A DNA stretch of 64,000 nucleotides from positions 4,384,001 through 4,448,000 of the forward strand of contig OZ241863.1 of assembly GCA_965203055.1 (NCBI GenBank), read 5' to 3'. A model generated the notes under the pieces. The model did not search any database, was not told where the DNA came from, and saw only the letters and a list, made by a program, of their open reading frames with translations. Position 1 is the stretch's first letter. Each line of letters starts with the position of its first letter. Positions 1 to 8,613 of the stretch are shown here, in pieces. This stretch comes from Spirochaetia bacterium (GTDB lineage Bacteria; Spirochaetota; Spirochaetia; SZUA-6; Bin103). Made by a program: the position numbers and the translations under genes.

Positions 1-3000
1 TTGGAATGGCTGGGCTTCATCCAGCCGCACGGTCTGGTGGTGTCGCCGCCGGCGCTGCTCAAGGCGGGCGCGTTCGTCAACCGGCAGGATACCCACCGGC
101 AGGCGCTGCTCGCCGGCTGCGCCGACGAACGCGAGCTCGCTCCGGGCGGCAACCCACAGCAGTGCATCCGCGACTTCCGCGAGTTCGCCGCCGCGGTGCT
201 CGGCTGGGGCTTCTCGCCCCGGGGCTACGCCGGCTTCACTGAAGCAGCTCCGATCCCTGAAGAACTCACGCTGCCGCTGCCCGATTACGGCGAGACCCTG
301 CGCCCCGACTTCGCGGTGCGCGAGCGCGACCCGGCGAACGGCGACTCCCCGTGGCAACTGCTGGTGCAGGTGCTGGCCGCCGGCCAGGAGTTCGACCGTC
401 CGGCGCCGGGCGCCGGCGGGCTGGACGCATCCGCCCAGGGGCGCGCGGAACGCCTGCTGCGCGCCACCGGGGTGCCCGCCGGCGTGCTGGTCAACGGCGT
501 TGCGCTGCGCCTGATCTCCGCCCCGCGCGGCGAGAGTTCCGGCTGGATGGATTTCCGCTTCGCCGACCTGCTCACCACCGCCGGACGCCCGCTCTGCTCC
601 GCCCTGCACCTGCTCCTGGGCGAGCAGCGCCTGCTGGCGCTGCCGCGCCATGAACGCCTCACCGCCGTGCTGGCCGACAGCCGCCTGTACCAGAACGAGG
701 TGTCCGAGCGCTTGGCCGAGCAGGTGCTGCATGCGTTGTACGAACTGGTGCGCGGCTTCCAGAACGCCCATGCCGCCACCGACGGCGCGCTGCTGAGCGA
801 GCCGCTGGCCGCCGGCCGCGACCGCAACGCCATCTACCGCGGGTTGCTCACCGTGATCCTGCGGCTGGTGTTCCTGCTGTACGCCGAGGAGCGCGGCCTG
901 CTGCCAAAGGACGAGACCTTCGCGCGCCACTACTTGCTGGGCGGCCTCTACCGGCGGCTGCGCAAGGACGCTGCGGCCTACCCGGACACGATGGACCAGC
1001 GCTACGGCGCCTGGGCGCAGTTGGTGGTGCTGTTTCGCCTGCTCCACGACGGAATACCGGCGGGCGGCGGCGGCGCGGTAAGTCTGCCGGAGCGCCGCGG
1101 CGCGCTGTTCGATCCCGACCGTTACCGGTTCCTGGAGGGCCGTAGCGGCAGCGGGTCGCGGCAGCGGAACGCGCGGCTGGAGCCGCCGCGGGTGTCGGAC
1201 GGAGTGGTCTACCGGGTCCTGGAAAAGCTGCTGGTGCTGGACGGGGAGCGGCTCTCCTACCGGACGCTGGACGTGGAGCAGATTGGCTCGGTGTACGAGA
1301 CGATCATGGGGTTTCGGCTGGAGACTGCGACCGGGCGCTCGCTGGCGGTCAAGCCGGCCAAGAAGCTGGGGGCGCCCACCACCATCGACCTGGACGCGCT
1401 GCTGGCGCAGCCCCCCGCGCGCCGCGGGCGCTGGCTGCAGGAGCGGGCGGACCGCCCCGTCAGCGCCGCGGTCGCTCGTGGGTTGCGCGCCGCGCGGACG
1501 GTGAACGACCTGCACGCGGCGCTGGACCGGGTGCTGGATCACGCCGCGACGCCGGACTTGGTGCCGCGCGGCGGGCTGGTGCTGCAGCCCAACGAGGAGC
1601 GGCGCCGTTCCGGCTCGCACTACACGCCGCGCGAGCTGACCGAGCCGATCGTGCGCCACACGCTGGCGCCGCTGCTGGAGCGGCTGCGCGGCGAGGACGG
1701 CGGCGCGCCGCGCCCGGAGCAGGTCCTCGAACTCAAGATCTGCGATCCGGCGATGGGCTCGGGGGCGTTTCTGGTGGAGACCTGCCGCCAGTTGGCCGAC
1801 GCGCTGATCGAGGCGAGGGGCGCGCACGGCGCGCTGCCTGACATCCCGGCGGATGAAGACGAGGTGACCTTCGCGCGGCGGCTGGTGGCGCAGAAGTGTC
1901 TCTACGGCATCGACCGCAACCCGATGGCGGTGGACTTGGCCAAGGTGTCGCTGTGGCTGAGCACGCTGGCGCGCGACCATCCGTTCACCTTCGTGGACCA
2001 CGCCTTCCGCCGCGGCGATTCGCTCATCGGGCTGACGCGGCGGCAGATCGAAGCGCTGCACTGGCAGGGCGGGCAGCCGATCCTGGCCGGCTTCGGGGTG
2101 CGCGAGAAGTTGGAGGAAGCCGCGGCGTTGCGGCGCCGGATTCGGGAAGCGGACGACACCGTGACCGACCGCGAGCTGCAGCGTCTGTGGCGCCGCGCGC
2201 AGGACGCGCTGGCCGAGGTGCGGCGGTTCGGCGATCTGACGCTGGCGGCGTTCTTCGAGGGCTCGAAGTCGAAGGAGCGCGCGGCGCGTCTGGAGGCGTA
2301 CCAGGAAGCGATTTTGACGCGGCAGGCGCGGCGCTACGCCGCGGAGTTGAAGGCGCGCCGTAACACTCAAGAAAAGCCGTTCGCGCCGTTCCACTGGGAG
2401 ATCGAGTTTCCCGAAGTGTTCGAGCGGGAGAACCCCGGCTTCGACGGCTTCGTCGGCAACCCGCCGTTCGCGGGCAAGAACAACGTTGCCGCCGGCAACG
2501 TCGCCGGCTATCCGAGCTGGCTCAAGGAACTGCACGCGCGGAGCCACGGCAATGCCGACCTGGTGGCGCACTTCTACCGGCGCGCGTTCGACCTGCTGCG
2601 CGGCGGCGGCGCGTTCGGCCTGATCGCCACCAACACCATCGCCCAGGGCGACACCCGTTCCAGCGGCCTGCGCTGGATCTGCGAACGCGGCGGGGAAATC
2701 TACCGCGCCGTCAAGCGCGTCAAGTGGCCGGGCGATGCCGCGGTGGTGGTCAGCGTGGTGCACCTCGCCAAGGGCGAGTTTGCCGGCAAGAGGATGCTCG
2801 ACGGTGCCCCGGTGGAGCGCGTCACGGCGTTTCTGTTTCATCGGGGCGGGCATGCCGATCCGGTGCGGCTGGCGGCCAACGCCGGCAAGAGCTTTCAGGG
2901 CAGCATCGTGCTCGGCATGGGATTCACCTTCGATGACACCGACCGGAAGGGAGTCGCATCACCGCTCGCCGAGATGCGGCGGCTGATCGCTCAGGACCCG

Positions 3001-3885
3001 CGCAACCGCGAAGTGATCTTCCCCTACGTCGGCGGCGAGGAGGTGAACACCAGTCCCACTCATACGCACCATCGCTACGTCATCAACTTCGGCGAGCGAA
3101 GCGAGGCCGAGTGCCGTCGGGGCTGGCCGGACTTGATGGCGCTCGTCGAGGAGCGGGTCAAGCCGGAGCGACTGCGGCAGAACGACAGAGGTGCACAAGA
3201 GAAATGGTGGCAATTCATCAGACCGCGTCCCGAGCTTCACGCCGCCATCTTCCGACTGGATAGGGTATTGGTAGTCTCCCGTGTCGGCCAACAAGCGGCA
3301 TTTACCTTCCTCCCAAGAGACATGGTGTACGCGGAATCCATGATCATCTTTCCGTTGACTTCGTACGCGGCATTCTGCTCCCTCCAGTCCCGTCCCCACG
3401 AAATCTGGGCACGCTTCTTCGGATCGTCAATGAAGGACGATCTCCGCTACACCCCTTCCGATTGCTTCGAGACCTTCCCGTTCCCGGAAGGCTGGGAAAC
3501 TCATCCCGACCTCGAAGCCGCCGGCAAGGCGTACTACGAATACCGCGCCGCGCTCATGGTTGACAACAACGAGGGCATGACCAAGACCTACAACCGCTTC
3601 CATGACCTCTACGAGACCGACCCGCGCGTCGCCGAGTTGCGCGAGCTGCATGCCGCCATGGATCGCGCCGTGCTCGACGCCTACGGCTGGAGCGACATTC
3701 CCACCGCCTGCGGCCTCCTCCTCGACTACGAGATCGACGAGGCCTCCTGGGGCCGCAAGAAGAAGCCCTACCGCTGGCGTTGGCCCGACGAAGTCCGCGA
3801 CGAAGTGCTCGCCCGCCTGCTCGCCCTCAACGCCGACCGCGCCGCCGCCGAAGCCCGCGCAGGCATCGCCGCAGGCCACGGATAA
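1..3885 (+). CDS. Large N6-adenine DNA methyltransferase, Eco57I/type IIG-like (DISARM DrmMI-like); probably 5'-truncated by the window edge
   Basis: 1294-aa ORF with SAM-binding DPAMGSGAFL, catalytic GNPPF, GSHYTPRELT motif and a C-terminal TRD-like region (LRYTPSDCFETFPFP). Confidence 0.85.
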   Translation: MEWLGFIQPHGLVVSPPALLKAGAFVNRQDTHRQALLAGCADERELAPGGNPQQCIRDFREFAAAVLGWGFSPRGYAGFTEAAPIPEELTLPLPDYGETLRPDFAVRERDPANGDSPWQLLVQVLAAGQEFDRPAPGAGGLDASAQGRAERLLRATGVPAGVLVNGVALRLISAPRGESSGWMDFRFADLLTTAGRPLCSALHLLLGEQRLLALPRHERLTAVLADSRLYQNEVSERLAEQVLHALYELVRGFQNAHAATDGALLSEPLAAGRDRNAIYRGLLTVILRLVFLLYAEERGLLPKDETFARHYLLGGLYRRLRKDAAAYPDTMDQRYGAWAQLVVLFRLLHDGIPAGGGGAVSLPERRGALFDPDRYRFLEGRSGSGSRQRNARLEPPRVSDGVVYRVLEKLLVLDGERLSYRTLDVEQIGSVYETIMGFRLETATGRSLAVKPAKKLGAPTTIDLDALLAQPPARRGRWLQERADRPVSAAVARGLRAARTVNDLHAALDRVLDHAATPDLVPRGGLVLQPNEERRRSGSHYTPRELTEPIVRHTLAPLLERLRGEDGGAPRPEQVLELKICDPAMGSGAFLVETCRQLADALIEARGAHGALPDIPADEDEVTFARRLVAQKCLYGIDRNPMAVDLAKVSLWLSTLARDHPFTFVDHAFRRGDSLIGLTRRQIEALHWQGGQPILAGFGVREKLEEAAALRRRIREADDTVTDRELQRLWRRAQDALAEVRRFGDLTLAAFFEGSKSKERAARLEAYQEAILTRQARRYAAELKARRNTQEKPFAPFHWEIEFPEVFERENPGFDGFVGNPPFAGKNNVAAGNVAGYPSWLKELHARSHGNADLVAHFYRRAFDLLRGGGAFGLIATNTIAQGDTRSSGLRWICERGGEIYRAVKRVKWPGDAAVVVSVVHLAKGEFAGKRMLDGAPVERVTAFLFHRGGHADPVRLAANAGKSFQGSIVLGMGFTFDDTDRKGVASPLAEMRRLIAQDPRNREVIFPYVGGEEVNTSPTHTHHRYVINFGERSEAECRRGWPDLMALVEERVKPERLRQNDRGAQEKWWQFIRPRPELHAAIFRLDRVLVVSRVGQQAAFTFLPRDMVYAESMIIFPLTSYAAFCSLQSRPHEIWARFFGSSMKDDLRYTPSDCFETFPFPEGWETHPDLEAAGKAYYEYRAALMVDNNEGMTKTYNRFHDLYETDPRVAELRELHAAMDRAVLDAYGWSDIPTACGLLLDYEIDEASWGRKKKPYRWRWPDEVRDEVLARLLALNADRAAAEARAGIAAGHG

Positions 3886-3899
3886 GAAGCCCGACTATC

Positions 3900-5357
3900 C
3901 TACCGAATAGGCCGCACGCCGCCGCGTCGGCCGAGCCCATATCCTACCCGAAAGACGTCAGGAATGTTCACGCGGCCGTCACGCAACCGCAGAAAGACGC
4001 CGAGCGACTCCAGGTCCGTGCGCACGCCGTCGGATCGCTGCCCGATGTGACGCGGTGGCAGCTTCACTGCGTCCTGATCGGCTTCCTCGCGCAAGCGATC
4101 GAGAACACCCTCGCTGCGCCAGCGCTCGGCGATGTGGTCGAAGGGGCAAGGTACGACCATGCCGGCAAGCGGAGTCAGCACCCGGTCTATCCACGGATAG
4201 TCCTCCCGCATCTCGCTGACACGTATCCTCGACGCTTCCTGGACACCGCGCTTGATGCTTTCGTAATGCAGAGCGTACCGGTGCTCAGGATGCTCGTACC
4301 GGGTGTCCTCCACCGCCTTTCGCAGCGCGGCGAGAAACGAACGCGGGCTCACTCTGCCCTCCGTATCGGCAAGGTGGTTCGGGATCCACGTGTACGGAAA
4401 CCCTCGTTTGGGACCGCGACCCATCCACTCGCCGGCGATGGCATGAAACTTGCCGCGTTGTTGGTCGTCCTCCTTGAGGATGGCCCGCGGGGCGGAGAAT
4501 ACCGATTCATCGCCCGCTCTGAGCTCCGACCAGTCGTGGGAGGTGAGAAAGCCCCGAAAGCGCTTCCCATGCCGTCCGTTGGCGAGAAAGTGCCACAACA
4601 GACCGTACAGCTCGCGGCGCGGCCAACTTAGCTCGATGGCCGAGGAAAGGACCTTCGAGGCATCGGGGAAGTCGGCGATCTGGCTCTCGTCGACCTGGTC
4701 CGACCGCAGGAAGACCTTGACGCGCAGACGGCGGTACGCACGCATGTCGAGGGCGGTCTGCAGCAGACCGCGGATCGCCGGATACATCTCCTTCCAGTCA
4801 TCGGCGCAGCGATCCAGGGCGTCGAAGAGTATCACCAGATGGGCGCCCCTTCGATCGAGTTCCACATCTCGTTCGTGAAACAGTCGGTCGATAACCTCCG
4901 GATTGCGATCGACGAACGCTACACGATCCGGCCACGAACGCCGCTTCCGCAGCTCATCCGCAACGCCGGCGAGCTGCCACGCCTGCACGGTTCGCCAGAT
5001 CGACCTGGGTTCGGCGCCATCCAACATCAAAGTCCTCAACACGTCCTTGCTCGGGTATGCGTCGGGCTCCGGCCGGACGCCGAAACCGGTTCGCACCTCC
5101 GTGCTCTCGCCCATCGGGGATGGGACCGACTGCTGGCCGACCAAGTCGCGTACCGCCTCGTTCTGGAGCGCGCCCCACCAGAACGTCTTTCCCGCGCCGC
5201 GCATGCCGGTCACCAACAGGATGTCCGGATGCAACGCCTTGAGGTGAGAGCGCGGCAGGTAGACCTGCGTGGGCTCCGGTCGGTCGCCGTGGCTGGTGCC
5301 GTCCGGCAGCTCGTCCAGCGCTTCGCGTGCCGTTTCGACGTCGATCGTCTGGCTCAC
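3900..5357 (-). CDS. P-loop ATPase (Sll1717-like) with C-terminal winged-helix-like tail
   Basis: Walker A GMRGAGKT, Walker B VILFDALD, KVFLRSD and SPRSFL motifs; GTG start overlaps the upstream stop (GTGA). Confidence 0.75.
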   Translation of the reverse strand: MSQTIDVETAREALDELPDGTSHGDRPEPTQVYLPRSHLKALHPDILLVTGMRGAGKTFWWGALQNEAVRDLVGQQSVPSPMGESTEVRTGFGVRPEPDAYPSKDVLRTLMLDGAEPRSIWRTVQAWQLAGVADELRKRRSWPDRVAFVDRNPEVIDRLFHERDVELDRRGAHLVILFDALDRCADDWKEMYPAIRGLLQTALDMRAYRRLRVKVFLRSDQVDESQIADFPDASKVLSSAIELSWPRRELYGLLWHFLANGRHGKRFRGFLTSHDWSELRAGDESVFSAPRAILKEDDQQRGKFHAIAGEWMGRGPKRGFPYTWIPNHLADTEGRVSPRSFLAALRKAVEDTRYEHPEHRYALHYESIKRGVQEASRIRVSEMREDYPWIDRVLTPLAGMVVPCPFDHIAERWRSEGVLDRLREEADQDAVKLPPRHIGQRSDGVRTDLESLGVFLRLRDGRVNIPDVFRVGYGLGRRGGVRPIR

Positions 5358-6655
5358 GGCGTTCCCTCGTTCCTGCTACTGGCGAGGAGCTCGTCGAACC
5401 GAGGCCGGAATTGCTCGTAGGCATTCCGTACTGCTATCTGTTCCCGCTCCAGGTCGCGTAGCGACGCACCGGCCGCAAGTCCTCTGTTCCAGTGGATGGC
5501 GATCGGGTCGTGCGGCGCGCCTTCTTCGTGGAGATCGAACGAGAACCGGTCATGGGAGTCGCCGGACGGCTCGATGTTGTCATACAGGTGTTCCCGAAAC
5601 AGGTTCCACGCCTGCTCCCGAAACCGCCGGAGGTACCGATCGGGGTCGGTCTCCGGCGTCAGGGCGGAGACGATCGACAGCCGTTCCCTGATGCTCGGAG
5701 CCAGGCCATGCGTCTGCCAGTGGCGGAACAGCACGGCGTAGTCGGTCCAGTGGCTCTCCGCGTCGACCGCGAACAGCAGGACCTGAGCACCGAGGTCGGT
5801 CACCGTAGCAGCGGCGATGTCGTGCAGGCCGCTGCGGCTTTCCAGCAGCACGATCGACGGCTTGTACGTCTCTTCCAACCGCGACAACAGTCGTTCCAGG
5901 CGAGCCGTCCAGGGAACCTTGATGTCCAGGTAGACACGGCCCAACTTCGCCAGATACTCGCCGGGTTCGCTGCCGTGAGCGGGAACCACGTGCACGTCGC
6001 CGTCGAGATCCTGCGCCCAGGCGGGAGCTGCGGCCATTCTCTCGGATACGTAGTCATCCTGTCCGACCAAGTCCTCCACGAACCAATCGGTGACGCCGAA
6101 CTCCGGGCGCGCCGCCGGATCGAGCATGGCGGACGACAACCCCGGCGATTCCAGGTCCAGATCGACCACCAGCACGCGTTCGCCGTTGCGCGCCAGATGC
6201 CATGCCAGAACCGCCGCCGTGGTGCTGCGCCCGACGCCGCCCTTGACTGAGTAGAGCGTGTACCGCGTCGCGCTCGTTGTTCGGGGAGGGGCTTTCACCG
6301 TCCACCAATCGCCGCCCGTCACCAGCCGATCGGCCAAATACACGCCGGGGTGAATCATCAGCGCTTGGTCGTCGAGATCGTCCAGCAGCGCGGCGTCCAT
6401 GAACAGCACGGCGTCCTCCGCGGGGAATCCGTGCGGGCCGAGCGTCTCGTGCAGCCTCCGGGCGAGAGGTTCGAGCACGGCGCGGACCGTCTTGCTTGTC
6501 TCCATCTCGTCCGAAACCGAAATGCGAACCCTCCCCAGGAGGTCGCGCACCAGATAGATGCGTCCGGCCTCGGACAACGCCTCGGAAGACATAGTTTCGA
6601 GTACGCCTGCTACGCGGTCCGTTAAGGCGTCAAACGCTACGAACGGATCCGTCAT
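5354..6655 (-). CDS. ParA/MinD-family ATPase, KGGVGR variant, with N-terminal extension
   Basis: YSVKGGVGRSTT deviant Walker A, VLVVDLDLESPG, LLESRSGLHD; start reassigned to ATG 6655 (MTDPFVAF), which overlaps the upstream stop (ATGA). Confidence 0.8.
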   Translation of the reverse strand: MTDPFVAFDALTDRVAGVLETMSSEALSEAGRIYLVRDLLGRVRISVSDEMETSKTVRAVLEPLARRLHETLGPHGFPAEDAVLFMDAALLDDLDDQALMIHPGVYLADRLVTGGDWWTVKAPPRTTSATRYTLYSVKGGVGRSTTAAVLAWHLARNGERVLVVDLDLESPGLSSAMLDPAARPEFGVTDWFVEDLVGQDDYVSERMAAAPAWAQDLDGDVHVVPAHGSEPGEYLAKLGRVYLDIKVPWTARLERLLSRLEETYKPSIVLLESRSGLHDIAAATVTDLGAQVLLFAVDAESHWTDYAVLFRHWQTHGLAPSIRERLSIVSALTPETDPDRYLRRFREQAWNLFREHLYDNIEPSGDSHDRFSFDLHEEGAPHDPIAIHWNRGLAAGASLRDLEREQIAVRNAYEQFRPRFDELLASSRNEGTP

Positions 6656-7080
6656 ACTTCTACGCCGTCCCGCAGCGCGCGCTGGACCAATTTGCGTATT
6701 CCTTCGGCTGCCGAGCGAAGTGGACTTACGCTCGCGTAATCGAAGTGCCGCCGGTGCGCGTACCGATCCTCGATCGACCAGCTCGCGAACGGATCGCCGG
6801 CCGGCAGCAACGACAGGTACTTCGCCCCTTTGTGACCGTCGACGGATGTGGCGAACTCGCTCCATAGCTTCGTGACATGCACCTTGTGTTCCGGCCTCGT
6901 CGGTACCCCATGAGGCGTCACCGGCATCATCTCTAAACCGCGCATTACCGCCTTCAAGCCGCATTCGGCGCTGAGCCCGTACAACTGATCCGCATTCGCC
7001 CAGCAATCGTTCCGAAAGAGCAGCTCGGCGTCTCGCCAGTGGCGGAGATGCGCGTCGTGGAAGTCTGCCGGGTAATCCAT
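6652..7080 (-). CDS. Small HEPN-like protein (putative RNase/effector)
   Basis: 142 aa, helical pattern RHWRDAELL...YGLSAECGLKAV typical of HEPN helices 1-2; C-terminal WSIEDRYAHRRH contains R-x5-H. Confidence 0.6.
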   Translation of the reverse strand: MDYPADFHDAHLRHWRDAELLFRNDCWANADQLYGLSAECGLKAVMRGLEMMPVTPHGVPTRPEHKVHVTKLWSEFATSVDGHKGAKYLSLLPAGDPFASWSIEDRYAHRRHFDYASVSPLRSAAEGIRKLVQRALRDGVEV

Positions 7081-7157
7081 GGTTCAGCGCCGAGTATCGC
7101 CGATTGCCGCATACAATGCCAGCTTGCCGGGTGAGTGCTGCCGGCGGGGATGGAGGT

Positions 7158-8414
7158 TCAGCCTTCGCCCTGCGGCGGGGGCGGCAGGCCGCGCGTCAAG
7201 CGGCGCCCGAGCAGCCGCGCCACCAGCATGAGCAGCGTGATGCCGGCGAACGCCAGAGCATAGGACAGGAACACGTGGCGGGTGCTGGCGCGGATCGAGA
7301 TCCAGCTTGCCGCCAGCGGACCGAGGCCGAAGCCGAGGCCGCCCACCAGGTTCTGCAGGCCGAACAGCACCCCCCGCCGGGCGCGCGCGCTGTGCGCCGA
7401 AAGGTAGGACTGCACGAACGGCTGCACGCTGCCGAGCGCGAACCCGCTCATCACGTAGAACAACGCGAACAGCGCCAAGTCCGAAGCGAGGAACGTGGGC
7501 AGCGCCGCCAGCGCCCCGACCCCGGCGCTGGCGGCGATCAGCCACAGCTTGTCGAAGCGGTCTCCCAACCGCGCCAGGGTGACTCCCGCGGCGGCCGCCA
7601 CCGCCGCGGCCCCGGCCATGATCAAGCCGGTGACGGCGGCGTCTCCCGACGCCGCGGCGGCGGAGGTTCCGGCGCGCAGCTCGGCCACGTAGAGGGGCAC
7701 GAACGCCGTCGGCTGGGCGCGGGCGAAGCGCAACAGGAACATCACCGCGAACAGCAGCAGGAACGGCAGGCTCAGCAGCTCGCGCAGCGGCTGGCGGGCG
7801 GCGCGCGGCCGGGGCGCGGTGAGGCGCCGCCGCAACGCCGGCTCCCTGCCCGGCTCTTCGAGGAACAGCACCACCAGTACCAGTCCCGCGGCGACCACCC
7901 CGGCGCCGATGAAGAACGAGGAGCGGAACCCCAGCAGGTCGGCGGACACCCCGCCGATCAGCGGCCCGAGACTGGAGCCGATGAAGGTGGAGGAGCTCAT
8001 CAGCCCCAGCGCCCGGGTCAGGTGCACGCGCGGGGTGCCGGCCGCTATCAGCGTCGCCGAGGCGGTGACCGTGCCGGTGAACAGCCCTTGCAGCGCCCGC
8101 AGGACGAACACCGTCTGCACCGATTGGGCGAAGCCCAGGGCCACGGCCAGCAGCATGGCCGAGGCCAGGGCGCGGACGATCATCAGCTTGCGCCCGAAGC
8201 GGTCCGACACCAAGCCCCAGAACGGGGCCGCGAGGGCCATGGCCACGCCCGGCGCGGCCGCGGTGATCCCTACCCACAGCTTGAGCGAGCCGGGGTCGCT
8301 CACGCCCAGTTCGCGGATGAACAGCGGGATGAACGGCAGAATGAAGCCGAAGCCGGTGAGCGCCAGGATCTGCGCCAGCCAAGCCAGGTAGAGATTCTTG
8401 CGCCACTGCTCCAC
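7158..8414 (-). CDS. MFS transporter (DHA1/MdtG-like)
   Basis: About 12 hydrophobic segments; motif A GLVSDRFGRK and second-half LGDRFDK. Confidence 0.9.
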   Translation of the reverse strand: MEQWRKNLYLAWLAQILALTGFGFILPFIPLFIRELGVSDPGSLKLWVGITAAAPGVAMALAAPFWGLVSDRFGRKLMIVRALASAMLLAVALGFAQSVQTVFVLRALQGLFTGTVTASATLIAAGTPRVHLTRALGLMSSSTFIGSSLGPLIGGVSADLLGFRSSFFIGAGVVAAGLVLVVLFLEEPGREPALRRRLTAPRPRAARQPLRELLSLPFLLLFAVMFLLRFARAQPTAFVPLYVAELRAGTSAAAASGDAAVTGLIMAGAAAVAAAAGVTLARLGDRFDKLWLIAASAGVGALAALPTFLASDLALFALFYVMSGFALGSVQPFVQSYLSAHSARARRGVLFGLQNLVGGLGFGLGPLAASWISIRASTRHVFLSYALAFAGITLLMLVARLLGRRLTRGLPPPPQGEG

Positions 8415-8613
8415 GGGCGTCCTCAGCGGGCGGCGGGGGCGGCCGCGACCGGCGGCACCGCGGCCGCTCCGTCAACCGCGCGCGGCGCGGCGGCGGGCGC
8501 TACGGCGGCGCGCCGCTCCCGCCGCCGCGGGCGGGCGCGCTTGCGGGGTGCGGCCCAAGAATGAGACACTATCCATTACCGGCGGATCATACGCCGCCGG
8601 CGCCTGAACGTCT

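Noticed and set aside
5354..6655. ParA as a plasmid/chromosome partition gene
   Set aside because: No ParB, parS repeats or rep gene nearby; Walker A Lys replaced by Arg; coupled to unrelated genes
8415..8560. GC-rich inverted repeats between the MFS and ABC genes as a terminator or ncRNA
   Set aside because: Lies between divergent starts, has no U-tract, and such pairing is expected by chance at this GC
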